A stretch of DNA of 64,000 nucleotides from Squalus acanthias (GCA_030390025.1 JASTWF010000033.1:5644001-5708000), one strand, 5' to 3'. Shown: positions 13,003 to 23,377, counted from the stretch's first letter. Notes: a model not told the origin generated them from the sequence alone. Translations and numbers: made by a program.

Positions 13003-13192
13003 ACCAGAGATAGCGCCTTTTGACGAGAGTGAGGAGTATGTGCGAAAGTATGAAAAATGGAAGGAGGATGCTATACATATAGTAATACTAGGGCTGTGTG
13101 TGATGTTAATATTATATGTCGTGATATGTATCTTCAAGTATATCTGGAAACAGCCACAGACCAAGAAACGAACAATTTGTACAACATCTTGA
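12995..13192 (+). CDS. Small 65-aa single-TM ORF between pol and env (candidate accessory protein)
   Basis: ATG overlaps the pol stop. Hydrophobic AIHIVILGLCVMLILYVVICIF is followed by basic KYIWKQPQTKKR. Confidence 0.5.
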   Translation: MSRPEIAPFDESEEYVRKYEKWKEDAIHIVILGLCVMLILYVVICIFKYIWKQPQTKKRTICTTS

Positions 13193-13265
13193 ACTGGTAG
13201 AACAAATAAGAATAGAATAATCCTAATCGGCTGGTGACAACTGGCCGCTTTGTCTATTTTTACAG

Positions 13266-13472
13266 GAACGATATACTTGTAAGAAGAGGAAGTGGAGCAT
13301 CGTTTGCGCCCTCATCGGGATTTTATGGCTAAGTATAAGCCATGAGTCTAGTGGGAGGCGCAAGCAACTCGGGATTTTATGGTTAAGTATACGGCCCGAG
13401 TCTGTTGGGAATAAAGAGGGAGGGAGGCGCTGTCCAGCAGGATTTTCAGTATGTAGTAATGAAATCTGTACA
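13266..13472 (+). pseudogene. env: Probable env 5' part, upstream of the CR1 insertion
   Basis: Open frame after the splice acceptor: KKRKWSIVCALIGILWLSI (signal-like)...RCPAGFSVCSNEICT. Confidence 0.55.
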
Positions 13473-13574
13473 TACATAGAAACATAGAAACATAGAAAAT
13501 AGGTACAGGAGTAGACCATTCGGTCCTTCGAGCCTGCACCGCCATTCAATGCGTTCATGGCTGAACATGCTACC

Positions 13575-16511
13575 TCAGTACCCCATTCCTGCTTTCTCGC
13601 CATACCCCTTGATCCCCCTAGTTGTGAGTGTTATATCTAACTCCCTTTTGAATATATTTAGCGAACTGGCCTCAACAACCTTCTGTGGAAGAGAATTCCA
13701 TAGATTCACCACTCTCTGGGTGAAGAAGTTCCTCCTCAGCTCAGTCTTAAATGGCTTCCCCTTAATCCTTAGACTGTGACCCCTGGTTCTAGTTTTCCCT
13801 AACATTGGGAACATTCTGCCCGCATCTAATTTGTCTAAACCAGTCAGGATTTTAAATGTCTCTATAAGATCCCCCCTCATTCTTCTGAACTCCAGAGGAT
13901 ACAAGTTCAGTTGACCCAATCTTTCTTGATATGTCAGTCCGGCCATCCCAGGAATCAATCTAGTGAACCTTCGCTGCACTCCCTCAATAGCAAGAATGTC
14001 CTTCCTTAAGTTAGGAGACCAAAACTGCGCACAATACTCCAGGTGTGGCCTCACCAAGGCCCTGTACAACTGCAGCATCACCTCCCTACTCCTGTACTCA
14101 AATCCCCTTACTATGAAGGCCATCATTCCGTTTGCTTTCTTGACTGCCTGCTGCACTTGCATTCCCACCTTCAGTGACTGATGTACCATGACGCCCAGGT
14201 CTCGTTGCACCTCCCCTTTCCCTAATCTGCCACCATTCAGGTAATAGTCCGCCTCTCTATTTTTACCACCAAAGTGGATAACCTCACATTTATCCACATT
14301 GTACTTCGTCTGCCATACATTTGCCCATTCACCCAACCTGTCCAAGTCACTCTGTAGCCTCCTAGCATCCTCCTCATTGTTCACACTTCCTCCCAATTTA
14401 GTGTCATCCGCAAATTTGGAGATATTACATTTAATCCCTTCGTCCAAATCATTAATATATAATGTAAACAGCTGGGGTCCCAGCACCGAACCCTGCGGTA
14501 CCCCGCTGGTCATTGCCTGCCATTCTGAAAAGTACCCATTTACTCCTACTCTTTGTTTCCTGTGTGCCAACCAGTTCTCAATCCACGTCAACACATTACC
14601 CCCAATCCCATGTGCTTTAACTTTGCTCACCAATCTCTTGTGTGGGACCTTGTCGAAGGCCTTCTGAAAGTCCAAATACACCACATCTACTGGTTCCCCC
14701 CTGTCCACCCTATTGTAAACATCCTCAAAAAATTCCAGAAGATTTGTCAAGCATGATTTCCCTTTCACAAATCCATGCTGACTTGGACCTATCATGTCGC
14801 CACTTTCCAAATGGTCTGTTATGACATCTTTAATAATTGCTTCCATCATTTTACCCATGACCGATGTCAGGCTGACCGGTCTATAATTCCCTGCTTTCTC
14901 CCTCCCTCCTTTTTTAAAAAGAGGGGTTACATTGGCCACCCTCCACTCCATCGGAACTGATCCTGAGTCTAAGGAATGTTGGAAAATGATCGTCAATGCA
15001 TCCACTATTTCCAAGGCCACCTCCTTAAGTACTCTGGGATGCAGACCATCAGGCCCCGGGGATTTTTCAGCCTTCAGTCCCATCAATTTCCCCAATACCT
15101 TTTCCCGACTAATAAGGATTTCGCTCAGCTCCTCCCTCTTACCAGATCCTCTGACCCCTTTTATTTCCGGCAGGTTGTGTGTGTCCTCCACAGTAAACAC
15201 CGAACCAAAGTACTTGTTAAATTGATCTGCCATTTCCTTGTTCCCCATTACGACTTGCCCTGTTTCTGACTGCAGGGGACCTACGGTTGTTTTTACTAAC
15301 CTCTTTCTTTTTACATATTTATAGAAGCTTTTGCAGTCCATTTTAATGTTCTCTGCAAGCTTCCTTTCATATTTTATTTTCCCTGCCCTAATCAAACCCT
15401 TCGTCCTCCTTTGCTGAGTTTTGAAGTTCTCCCAGTCCCCGGGTTTGCTGCTACTTCTGGCCAATTTGTATGCAACTTCCTTGGTTTTAATACTATCCCT
15501 GATTTCCCTTGTTAGCCATGGTTGAGCCACCTTCCCTTTTTTATTTTTACGCCAGACCGGGATGTACAATTGTTGTAGTTCATCCATGCGATCTCTAAAT
15601 GTCTGCCATTGCCCTTCCACTGATAGCCCCTTAAATATCGCTTGCCAATTTAACCTCGCCAATTCACGCCTCATACCCTCAAAGTTGCCCTTATTTAAGT
15701 TCTGGACAATGGTCTCTGACTTAACTGTTTCCTTCTCCATCCTAATGTAGAACTCCACCATACTATGGTCACTCTTCCCCAGGGGGCCTCGTACCGCAAG
15801 ATTGCTGATTAGTCCTTCCTCATTACACAACACCCAGTCCAGGATGGCCTCCCTTCGAGTTGGTTCCTCAACATATTGGTTTAGGAAACCATCCCTTAAA
15901 CACTCCAGGAAATCCTCCTCCACCGTATTGCTTCCAGTTTCAGTAGCCCAATCTATATGCATATTAAAGTCACCCATGATAACTGCCGTGCCTTTTTTGC
16001 ACGCACCTCTGATTTCCTGTTTCATACCCTCCCCCACCTCACCACTGCTGTTTGGAGGTCTGTACACAACTCCCACTAACGTTTTCTGCCCTTTGGTGTT
16101 CTGCAGCTCAACCCATATTGATTCCACATCCTCCAAGCTGATGTCCTTCCTAGCTATTGCATTAATCTCCTCTTTAACCAGCAATGCTACCCCACCCCCT
16201 TTTCCTTTTATTCTATCCTTTCTGAATGTTGAATACCCCTGGATGTTCAGTTCCCAGCCTTGATTGTTCTGGAGCCACGTCTCTGTAATCCCAATCACAT
16301 CGTATCCGTTAACATCTATTTGCACAGTCAATTCATCCACCTTATTACGGATACTCCTTGCATTAAGACACAGAGCCTTTAGGCTTATTTTATTAACATC
16401 CTTTGTCCTTTTAGACTTATGATTTAGTATGGCCCTTTGTGTTTCTTGCCTTTGTTTACTCGGCCTTCCCCTATTGTTTCTCACCCTTCTAACATTTGTT
16501 TCTGACTGCAT
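13575..16511 (-). CDS. CR1 ORF2p, APE endonuclease + reverse transcriptase, 978 aa
   Basis: NARS, GITETWL, GDFN, SDH, QHGF, YLDFQKAFD, GVPQGSVLGP and KFADD are all present. Confidence 0.97.
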   Translation of the reverse strand: MQSETNVRRVRNNRGRPSKQRQETQRAILNHKSKRTKDVNKISLKALCLNARSIRNKVDELTVQIDVNGYDVIGITETWLQNNQGWELNIQGYSTFRKDRIKGKGGGVALLVKEEINAIARKDISLEDVESIWVELQNTKGQKTLVGVVYRPPNSSGEVGEGMKQEIRGACKKGTAVIMGDFNMHIDWATETGSNTVEEDFLECLRDGFLNQYVEEPTRREAILDWVLCNEEGLISNLAVRGPLGKSDHSMVEFYIRMEKETVKSETIVQNLNKGNFEGMRRELARLNWQAIFKGLSVEGQWQTFRDRMDELQQLYIPVWRKNKKGKVAQPWLTREIRDSIKTKEVAYKLARSSSKPGDWENFKTQQRRTKGLIRAGKIKYERKLAENIKMDCKSFYKYVKRKRLVKTTVGPLQSETGQVVMGNKEMADQFNKYFGSVFTVEDTHNLPEIKGVRGSGKREELSEILISREKVLGKLMGLKAEKSPGPDGLHPRVLKEVALEIVDALTIIFQHSLDSGSVPMEWRVANVTPLFKKGGREKAGNYRPVSLTSVMGKMMEAIIKDVITDHLESGDMIGPSQHGFVKGKSCLTNLLEFFEDVYNRVDRGEPVDVVYLDFQKAFDKVPHKRLVSKVKAHGIGGNVLTWIENWLAHRKQRVGVNGYFSEWQAMTSGVPQGSVLGPQLFTLYINDLDEGIKCNISKFADDTKLGGSVNNEEDARRLQSDLDRLGEWANVWQTKYNVDKCEVIHFGGKNREADYYLNGGRLGKGEVQRDLGVMVHQSLKVGMQVQQAVKKANGMMAFIVRGFEYRSREVMLQLYRALVRPHLEYCAQFWSPNLRKDILAIEGVQRRFTRLIPGMAGLTYQERLGQLNLYPLEFRRMRGDLIETFKILTGLDKLDAGRMFPMLGKTRTRGHSLRIKGKPFKTELRRNFFTQRVVNLWNSLPQKVVEASSLNIFKRELDITLTTRGIKGYGEKAGMGY

Positions 16512-16558
16512 ATTACTTCCCCCTGTTTCGCTACATAGGTTCCCCTTCCCCTGCCATA

Positions 16559-17503
16559 TTAGTTTAAATCCTCCCGAACTGCTTTAGCAAATATTACCCC
16601 GAGGACATCGGTTCCAGTCCTGCCCAAGTGCAGACCGTCCCTTTTGTACAGGTCCCACTTCCCCCAGAACTGGTTCCAATGCCTCAGGAATTTGAATCCC
16701 TCCCTCCTGCACCACTGCTCAAGCCACGTATTCAATCTCACTATCCTGTTCTCTCTATTCTGATTAGCACGTGGCCCTGGTAGCAATCCAGAGATTACTA
16801 CCTTAGAGGTCCTACTTTTTAATTTAGCTCCTAGCTCCCTAAATTCAGCTTGTAGGACCTCTTCCCGCTTTTTACCTATATCGTTGGTACCTACATGCAC
16901 CACGACAGCTGGCTGTTCACCCTCCCTCTTCAGAATGTTCTGCAGCCGCTCCGAGACATCCTTGACCCTTGCACCAGGGAGGCAACATACCATCCTGGAA
17001 TCTCGGTTGCGGCCACAGAAACTCCTGTCTATTCCCCTTACAATTGAGTCCCCTATCACTATAGCCCTACCACTCTTTTTCCCGCCCTGCTGTGCAGCAG
17101 AGCCAGCCATGGTGCCATGAACCTGGCTGCTGGTGCCTTCCCCTGGTAGGCCATCTCCCCCAACAGTATCCAAAGCGGCATACCTGTTTTGGAGGGAGAT
17201 GACCACAGGAGACTCCTGCACTACCTTCCTGATATTGCCCTGCTTCTTGGTCACCCATACACTGTCTGTCCTAGCCTTTACCTGCGGTGTGGACAACTCA
17301 CTAAATGAGCGATTCACTGAGTTCTCGGCATCGTGCATGCTCCAGAGTGAGTCCACCCGCAGCTCCAGCACCGCCATGCGGGCTGTCAGGAGCTGCAGCT
17401 GGACACACTTCCCGCACACGTAGTTGTCAGGGACACTGGAAGTGTCCCTGGTTTCCCACATGGCACAGGAGGAGCATGAAACGGGTCCGAGACTTCCTGT
17501 CAT
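16559..17503 (-). CDS. CR1 ORF1p (CxxC...CxxC zinc finger, coiled coil, SGNH esterase-like domain), 314 aa
   Basis: CSSC...CGKC, VIGDSIVRG, HVGTNDI and DGLHL motifs typical of esterase-type CR1 ORF1. Confidence 0.93.
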   Translation of the reverse strand: MTGSLGPVSCSSCAMWETRDTSSVPDNYVCGKCVQLQLLTARMAVLELRVDSLWSMHDAENSVNRSFSELSTPQVKARTDSVWVTKKQGNIRKVVQESPVVISLQNRYAALDTVGGDGLPGEGTSSQVHGTMAGSAAQQGGKKSGRAIVIGDSIVRGIDRSFCGRNRDSRMVCCLPGARVKDVSERLQNILKREGEQPAVVVHVGTNDIGKKREEVLQAEFRELGAKLKSRTSKVVISGLLPGPRANQNRENRIVRLNTWLEQWCRREGFKFLRHWNQFWGKWDLYKRDGLHLGRTGTDVLGVIFAKAVREDLN

Positions 17504-17932
17504 GACTTAACCCTTATGTTACTTTATTACTAAAATTTAAACTTATTTATCTTAGGTCCAGGAGTTAAGTCCCTGAAAACAAAATATAAAATCGAACCTA
17601 CCTTTTAAATTCCCTCTACCCCTAAAGGTTAGAGGAGGTGGGAGGGTGGGAGTCACTACTCGTGTAGTGTCTCGGGTTTAGCAACCGCTCCACCTATATA
17701 CGGGTACCAATGAATTGGCCCCGCCCCCTGCCTTTGAAAAAGCCCGCGAAGCTCTTACCCCGCTGGGGAAAAAGGCCACGTAGGTGAGTTTATTGACTCA
17801 CCTCAGGCCTCTGCTGCTCCAACCAGGTCCGCTCCTCCTTCCCCGCTGCCGACCGCTCTGTGGGAGAGAGAAAGAAAGAAAGGCTCCTCCTCCCCCGCTG
17901 TCGACGCTGGTCTGAGGCCTACCTGAGCCTCG

Positions 17933-19796
17933 GTACAATGAGAGTGGTAGGAGGACCAGATACGGGAACGGAGGATACGGGTACCACCGGAGTGTGTGGT
18001 TAAGATGATCCCCGGACAATGGGGCTCGTGTTTAAACGGCACCTTCTGTTTGAAATACATAACAAGTACAACAACGACGACGCCCTCCCCGATAACTACA
18101 ACAACCATCCCGCCAGCTCTCACATCCACAACCCCACTAACGTGCCCGTCAATGGAAAAAGGAGCTAGAGGGGTTTTAGTAATAAGAAAAACACAACATG
18201 AGGTGTATTTTAGTGTGACACATAGAGTTATTAAACTTGCTATCAGTATGAGTACTTTTACTATGCCTGCGATGTGTAACAATCATACAAGACAATTATG
18301 GGACTCCCTGTGGGTAAAACAATTAGAGGGCCCACAGGGAAAATCTATCTTACAAAAACGTAAGAAACGGGGAATATTGGAAATGGTCGGAGCAGGGTAT
18401 GCGGCCGGGTTAGCAACAGTTAATAGTTTGGATATAGAAGGATTAATGAAGGAGTAGAAGAACTACAAGCAAAAATAGAGAAGTTACTAAAACAAGCCAC
18501 TGGAAATAGCCAGCAAATGGCACTGGCGGGAAAACAAACGACAACACAATTGTTAGGGGTGGAAGAGATAGTAGCCCCCCATGCAAAAACAACTAATACA
18601 ATTATTGATCAGATCAGCAATGCATCACGCCAAACCCATAAGGAATTGGTATGTGCCATGTATGGTTCATGGCTATTGTCAAATGCTCAGCATAACCCGC
18701 AGCAAATAAATAGTGGACAGATCCCTGATTGGATTACTAATAAGGACCTGGAACCTTGGATTGACACAAATAAAGCCTATGCAAAGGGTGTAAAATGGGA
18801 CAAATATACAGGGCAGGCAATTGCCTGACCCCATGGACTAAGATAATTGGCTTTGTACTGACCATCCCACAACTCCCTGAAGAAGGACAGGCCCAATATG
18901 ATGTGAGTAATATAGGGGAGGTACAAAGGGAGAGTTGGGTTAAATATTATGATGTCCCCACAAAGGCAATTTGGGAAAGGAGCAAAGATAATAATCAGAA
19001 GAATGGAACCTTAAGTGGGGTGGTGATGGATGGGTGCCACCACAAGGGAAGGACATGGGTGTGCACGCAGCCCCCCACCGAGGGAGACACAGCCAAGTGC
19101 TGATTTACAAAAACCATCAATTGCACCCTTGAGATACACCCAAGGGTGATACACCGAACAAGGGTAGCACCAGAGAACAACGGGACATTTTGTGTCACCA
19201 CAGCTGAACAGAAATATGAGTATCAAGATCTGACTTGTCCCATTCCCCAGCCAAACTATTGTTTCTACCCAAAAAATACCTACACAGATAGGACACCAGT
19301 ATATACACCCACCAAGACCACAAGAGGAGAAAACCTGGTCACTCAATAATATGGAACTTAAGAGAATGATTGAAACTTATGTCACACCAGAGCCCAAGGC
19401 AATTCCCAAGTTAGAGGAAGAAAAGCTTGGAAGAAATTACAGTAGGAAACGAAGGCCTTTTTAAAGCATTATCATAAAATAGAAGAAGATTTAAAAGAAC
19501 AACTTAAAGACATTAGTAAAACCTTAGCAGAAACTCCTTGGTACAATAAGATCTGGAACTGGGGACTAAATGTGAATATACATCCATGGATCAGGATCAT
19601 GTCGCATGTGCTAGTTGTAGTTCAATTATTACTATCCTTATACATTCTGATTGATTTAAGCAGGAGATATCGCAGACCGAGAATGAAAACCCTAGCCAAA
19701 CGAGTGAAGAAGGAGGAAGAGAAAGACGAACTGTTGCTAAATACTAACAAACAAGGGGTAGGGCGTGAGAAGAATTATTATGAAAACTGTGTTTAG
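17933..19796 (+). pseudogene. env: ERV-A env (several stops/frameshifts): Thr/Pro mucin-like stalk, furin site RKKR, fusion peptide, heptads, Cys-rich region, Trp-rich juxtamembrane segment, TM helix
   Basis: KRKKR|GILEMVGAGYAAGLATVNSLDIE near 18360; TPWYNKIWNWG...IMSHVLVVVQLLLSLYILI near 19540-19650. Confidence 0.88.
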
Positions 19797-19917
19797 GATT
19801 GTGCAAATATGAGTACTAGACACCCTGGGCTGGTACCACCAGGGCGACGGGAACTCATAACAAACAATCTTAAACTGTAGTATATTGGCCATATTGGGTC
19901 AAGGTGACCAATGGGCC

Positions 19918-19929
19918 AAAAGGGGGGAA
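19918..19929 (+). promoter_or_regulatory. Polypurine tract
   Basis: AAAAGGGGGGAA immediately before the 3' LTR. Confidence 0.9.
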
Positions 19930-20750
19930 TGCAGTAACCAAAATTAATATCATACTTTAGGTTAATGTTAGAATATGTATAACATAGCATCAATGTACAG
20001 GGTGGAGGTGGCAAATTAATCCATGCCCTGAGTTAAACGGTAGACAGGTCTGTATTCATTGGACAAGACTAAGATGGTGGGAAATTAAACTGCAGAGTCA
20101 GCTGCAGAGTATGACTCGTGGGAAAATTAGGGAGGATACCTACTCAGCAAGGCAGGATAACACGCATACAAGATAACATACATAAGGATTGAGTGACGAT
20201 GTGGCCCGAGGTGGCCTTCGCTTGTTTGTGAAGCTACAACATGACTGACCAGAAGACAAAATGGCTTACATCGAAGTCAAGTTGAACTAATTATACTATG
20301 CCTGCTTTGCAGAAGTACATGAGCAGGTCACAAGGTCAGAATCTGTGCTTTGAAGAGATTGTGACTCTCAAACTACACGAATAGATAAGAAAGAAGGTCA
20401 GATGATAGAGGGGTTGGGATAAGTCAATTAATAAAAACATGATTGACTGCAGAATGTGGGAATAAAGCATAAAAATGTCATGCGGTAGAAGTAATGGATA
20501 TAAGGGATATACTAGACACCATGATGGATAAATTTGTACCCGCCCTTAGGGCAGGATGAGACTGATAAGATTATGTATAAAAATGTAATTTACGAAGCTG
20601 TCGTTGGAGTCGGATCCAAGAGCGGTCTTGGAAGGTTCTCCCCAGGCCTGTGAATAAAGATCGTTTTGAACCATCATTCGAAGTCTGTCATCTGTACTGA
20701 AGCTAAGCGTCGACCTTGTATATCACTTGGTCCGCTGATTGCTTACATCA
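19930..20750 (+). repeat. ERV-A 3' LTR (~821 bp)
   Basis: TGCAGTAACC...CTTACATCA, roughly 95-97% identical to the 5' LTR by eye. Confidence 0.96.
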
Positions 20751-20782
20751 ATTGTCTAACTATCTGTAGAAAGTATATTTTT

Positions 20783-20837
20783 TACTGAAGCTAAGCGTCG
20801 ACCTTGTATATCATTGGTCCGCTGATTGCTTACATCA
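20783..20837 (+). repeat. Duplicated terminal ~55 bp (U5 end) of the LTR
   Basis: TACTGAAGCTAAGCGTCGACC...GCTTACATCA is repeated 32 nt after the LTR end. Confidence 0.93.
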
Positions 20838-21828
20838 CCCACGCACATACAGACACACTCACACAGACTCTGCAATTTGCAGAAACTAACACACACACAT
20901 TTATTTTAAAAGATTTGCAGCCTGGGACTGTGAATTTCTGATGATGTCCCTTCCTGGTTGCCCGGCCATGTTTGATGAAGACAATCAAACAGGAAGAAGT
21001 GAACCGAGGCCCCAGATATCCAGGTCCCCGAGAGGAAATTAAAGCCCGGGAGGGTGAAAAGAAGTAAATACAATCAGGAATACATAAAAATATATATACT
21101 TTACTTTTGTTAACTAAATGTCTGCCTGTCTGTGGTTTGCCAGGAGTGTAATAAAATGAATGGAAAGATACCACAGCAGTTTTTGCTCTGAAAACATCCC
21201 AATCACATTCCCCAATAAAGCCCAGTCCAGAAAGAAATCAAATGGATTATTGTGAAAATAATTTTAAAAATATAATATAGATATATATTTTTAAAAGATC
21301 TCGTCTTGTTTGGGTTGGTCTGAAGGTGAGAGTAAGATCCCAAAACAGGAAATGCCATGAAACAATCCACAAACATTCCCCTATAAAGTCCAGACCAGAA
21401 AAATATCAAATGGCTTAATGTATATATGTAGCCTTGCTTTTTACAAAATTCTTGAAAGAAAGGCAAAGTAAGATCCCAAAGCAGTGCAGTCTGGAATGAA
21501 ATCAGTTTGATCTATTCAGTTTTTTTCAGACATGAGATGTAATGCACACGGCAGATAACTTGAACACAGACAAGCCCTGCATACACAGCTTTTGCTGTCT
21601 GTCTCTCTCTCTCACAAACACACACACACACTCACACAAGCCAGCCTGCAAAATTGCCACAAATCACTGTCAGCAATGAAAGAAAGTTGATTTCTATCAT
21701 TGCTCTGCTCAGTTTGGCAGTTTAAAAGCAAACAGACAGTTTTCAGTATTTTATCTTTTCAGTTTGCGGCCTACAGAAACAGGCTTTCTAATCTACATCA
21801 AAAGTAAATGCTGTGGATGTGGAAAACT

Positions 21829-22040
21829 GAAATAAAATCAGAAAATGCTGGAAATACTCAGCAGGTAAGGCAGCATCTGTGGAGAGAGAGAGAAACAGAG
21901 TTAATGTTTCAGTTCGATTACCTTTTGTCAGATTCTGGCAAGGTTCAGACGAAAGGTCATCGAGCTGAAACATTTACTCTGTATCTCTACTGATGCTGCC
22001 TAAAATACTGAGTATTTCCAGCATTTTCTGTTTTTATTTC
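21829..22040. mobile_element. ~210-bp foldback element made of two inverted Penelope-type termini
   Basis: Arms CAGAAAATGCTGGAAATACTCAG / CTGAGTATTTCCAGCATTTTCTG match the Penelope end at 27700-27805. Confidence 0.8.
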
Positions 22041-23377
22041 TATTCTGCATGTTGTCTTGATTTCATGTGACTCTCTCACTGCCAGCCTGCCTTGACTTGA
22101 TTTGAGAAGAGTGGAATGAAAAGAATGCAAAGATCCCAGAGCAGCTTTTATTGTCAGACAGTCCGCACAGACATTTTTCAGTATCTCACTGACTGACTGT
22201 CTGTCTTGAAGTGAAATGAAATAAAGTGCAATAAAGTGATACACAACAGCATTACATGTGGACCAGCCCAGAATGAAATCAATAGGGTTTAATACAACAA
22301 CAGCAGGTAATAATGCAGCAGAACACATCTCACACAAACACCAGCTTTTGCCCAATGTTTTCTCTCCATCTCTCACACACACTCACAGCCTGGCCACCCT
22401 GCAGAGGGATGACTGCCGTGTTGGAAGATTAAAATCAAAATGACACTTTTCAGTATCTTATCTTTACACTCTGTGGCCTACAGAAACAGACTTTCTATTC
22501 TGCTACTTGTCTGTTGATTTCATGTCTCTCTCTCTCTCACTGACTCTCTGTCTGTCTCTCACTCACACAGTCTCTCTCCCACCCACATTGAACTAAAATT
22601 TACAGTAACATGACACACACACTCACACAGACTCTGAAATTTGCAAAAACAGAAACACATTTATTTTGAAAGCATGCAGCCTGGAGTGTCAGTTTTTGAT
22701 GATGTCACTTTCTGGCTGTGCGTCCATGTTTGACGAGGACAATCAAACAGGAAGAAGTGAAGCCGAGGCCCCAGAAATCCAGGTCCCTGAGAGGAAATGA
22801 AAGCTCGGGAGGTAGAAAAGAAGTAAATACAATCAGGAATAAATAATAATATATATATTTTACTTCTGTTAACTAATGTCTGCCTGTCTGTGGTTTGCCT
22901 GGAGTGAAATAAAATGAATGGAAAGATCGCACAGCAGCTTTTGCTCTGAAAACATCCCAAGCACATTCCCCAATAAAACCTAGTCCAGAAAAAAATCAAA
23001 TGGATTATTCTGAAAATAATTTAAAAAATATAATATATACTTTTTCTTTAAAGAATCTCTTGTCTTGTTTGAGTTGGACTGAAGGGGAGAGTAAGATCCC
23101 ACAGCAGGATGTGCCATGAAACACTTCACAAACATTCCCCAATAAAGTCCAGTCCAGAAAAATATCAAATGGATTGATGTATATATGGAAATTTGCTTTT
23201 TACTAAATTCTTGAAAGAAAGACAAAGTAAGATGCAACAACAGCGCAGTCTGGAATGAAATCAGTTTGTTCTAATGGAGTATACTTTATGTTTTCTTCAG
23301 ACATAAGATGCAATACCAATGCACACGGCAGATAACTTGAACACAGACAAGCCCTGCATACACACCAGCTTTTGCTG

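Larger units (their letters stand above)
13473..17932 (-). mobile_element. Full-length, intact CR1 LINE inserted in ERV-A env
   Basis: 5' UTR, uninterrupted ORF1 and ORF2, (CTATGTTT)n tail, and candidate TSD GTACA at 13468-13472 / 17933-17937. Confidence 0.97.
7712..20750 (+). mobile_element. Endogenous retrovirus ERV-A: LTR-PBS(Ser)-gag relic-[no PR/RT]-RNase H-IN1-IN2-small TM ORF-env (CR1-interrupted)-PPT-LTR
   Basis: Paired TG...CA LTRs, PBS, PPT, retroviral RNase H and integrase motifs, and env with furin site, fusion peptide and TM helix. Confidence 0.96.
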
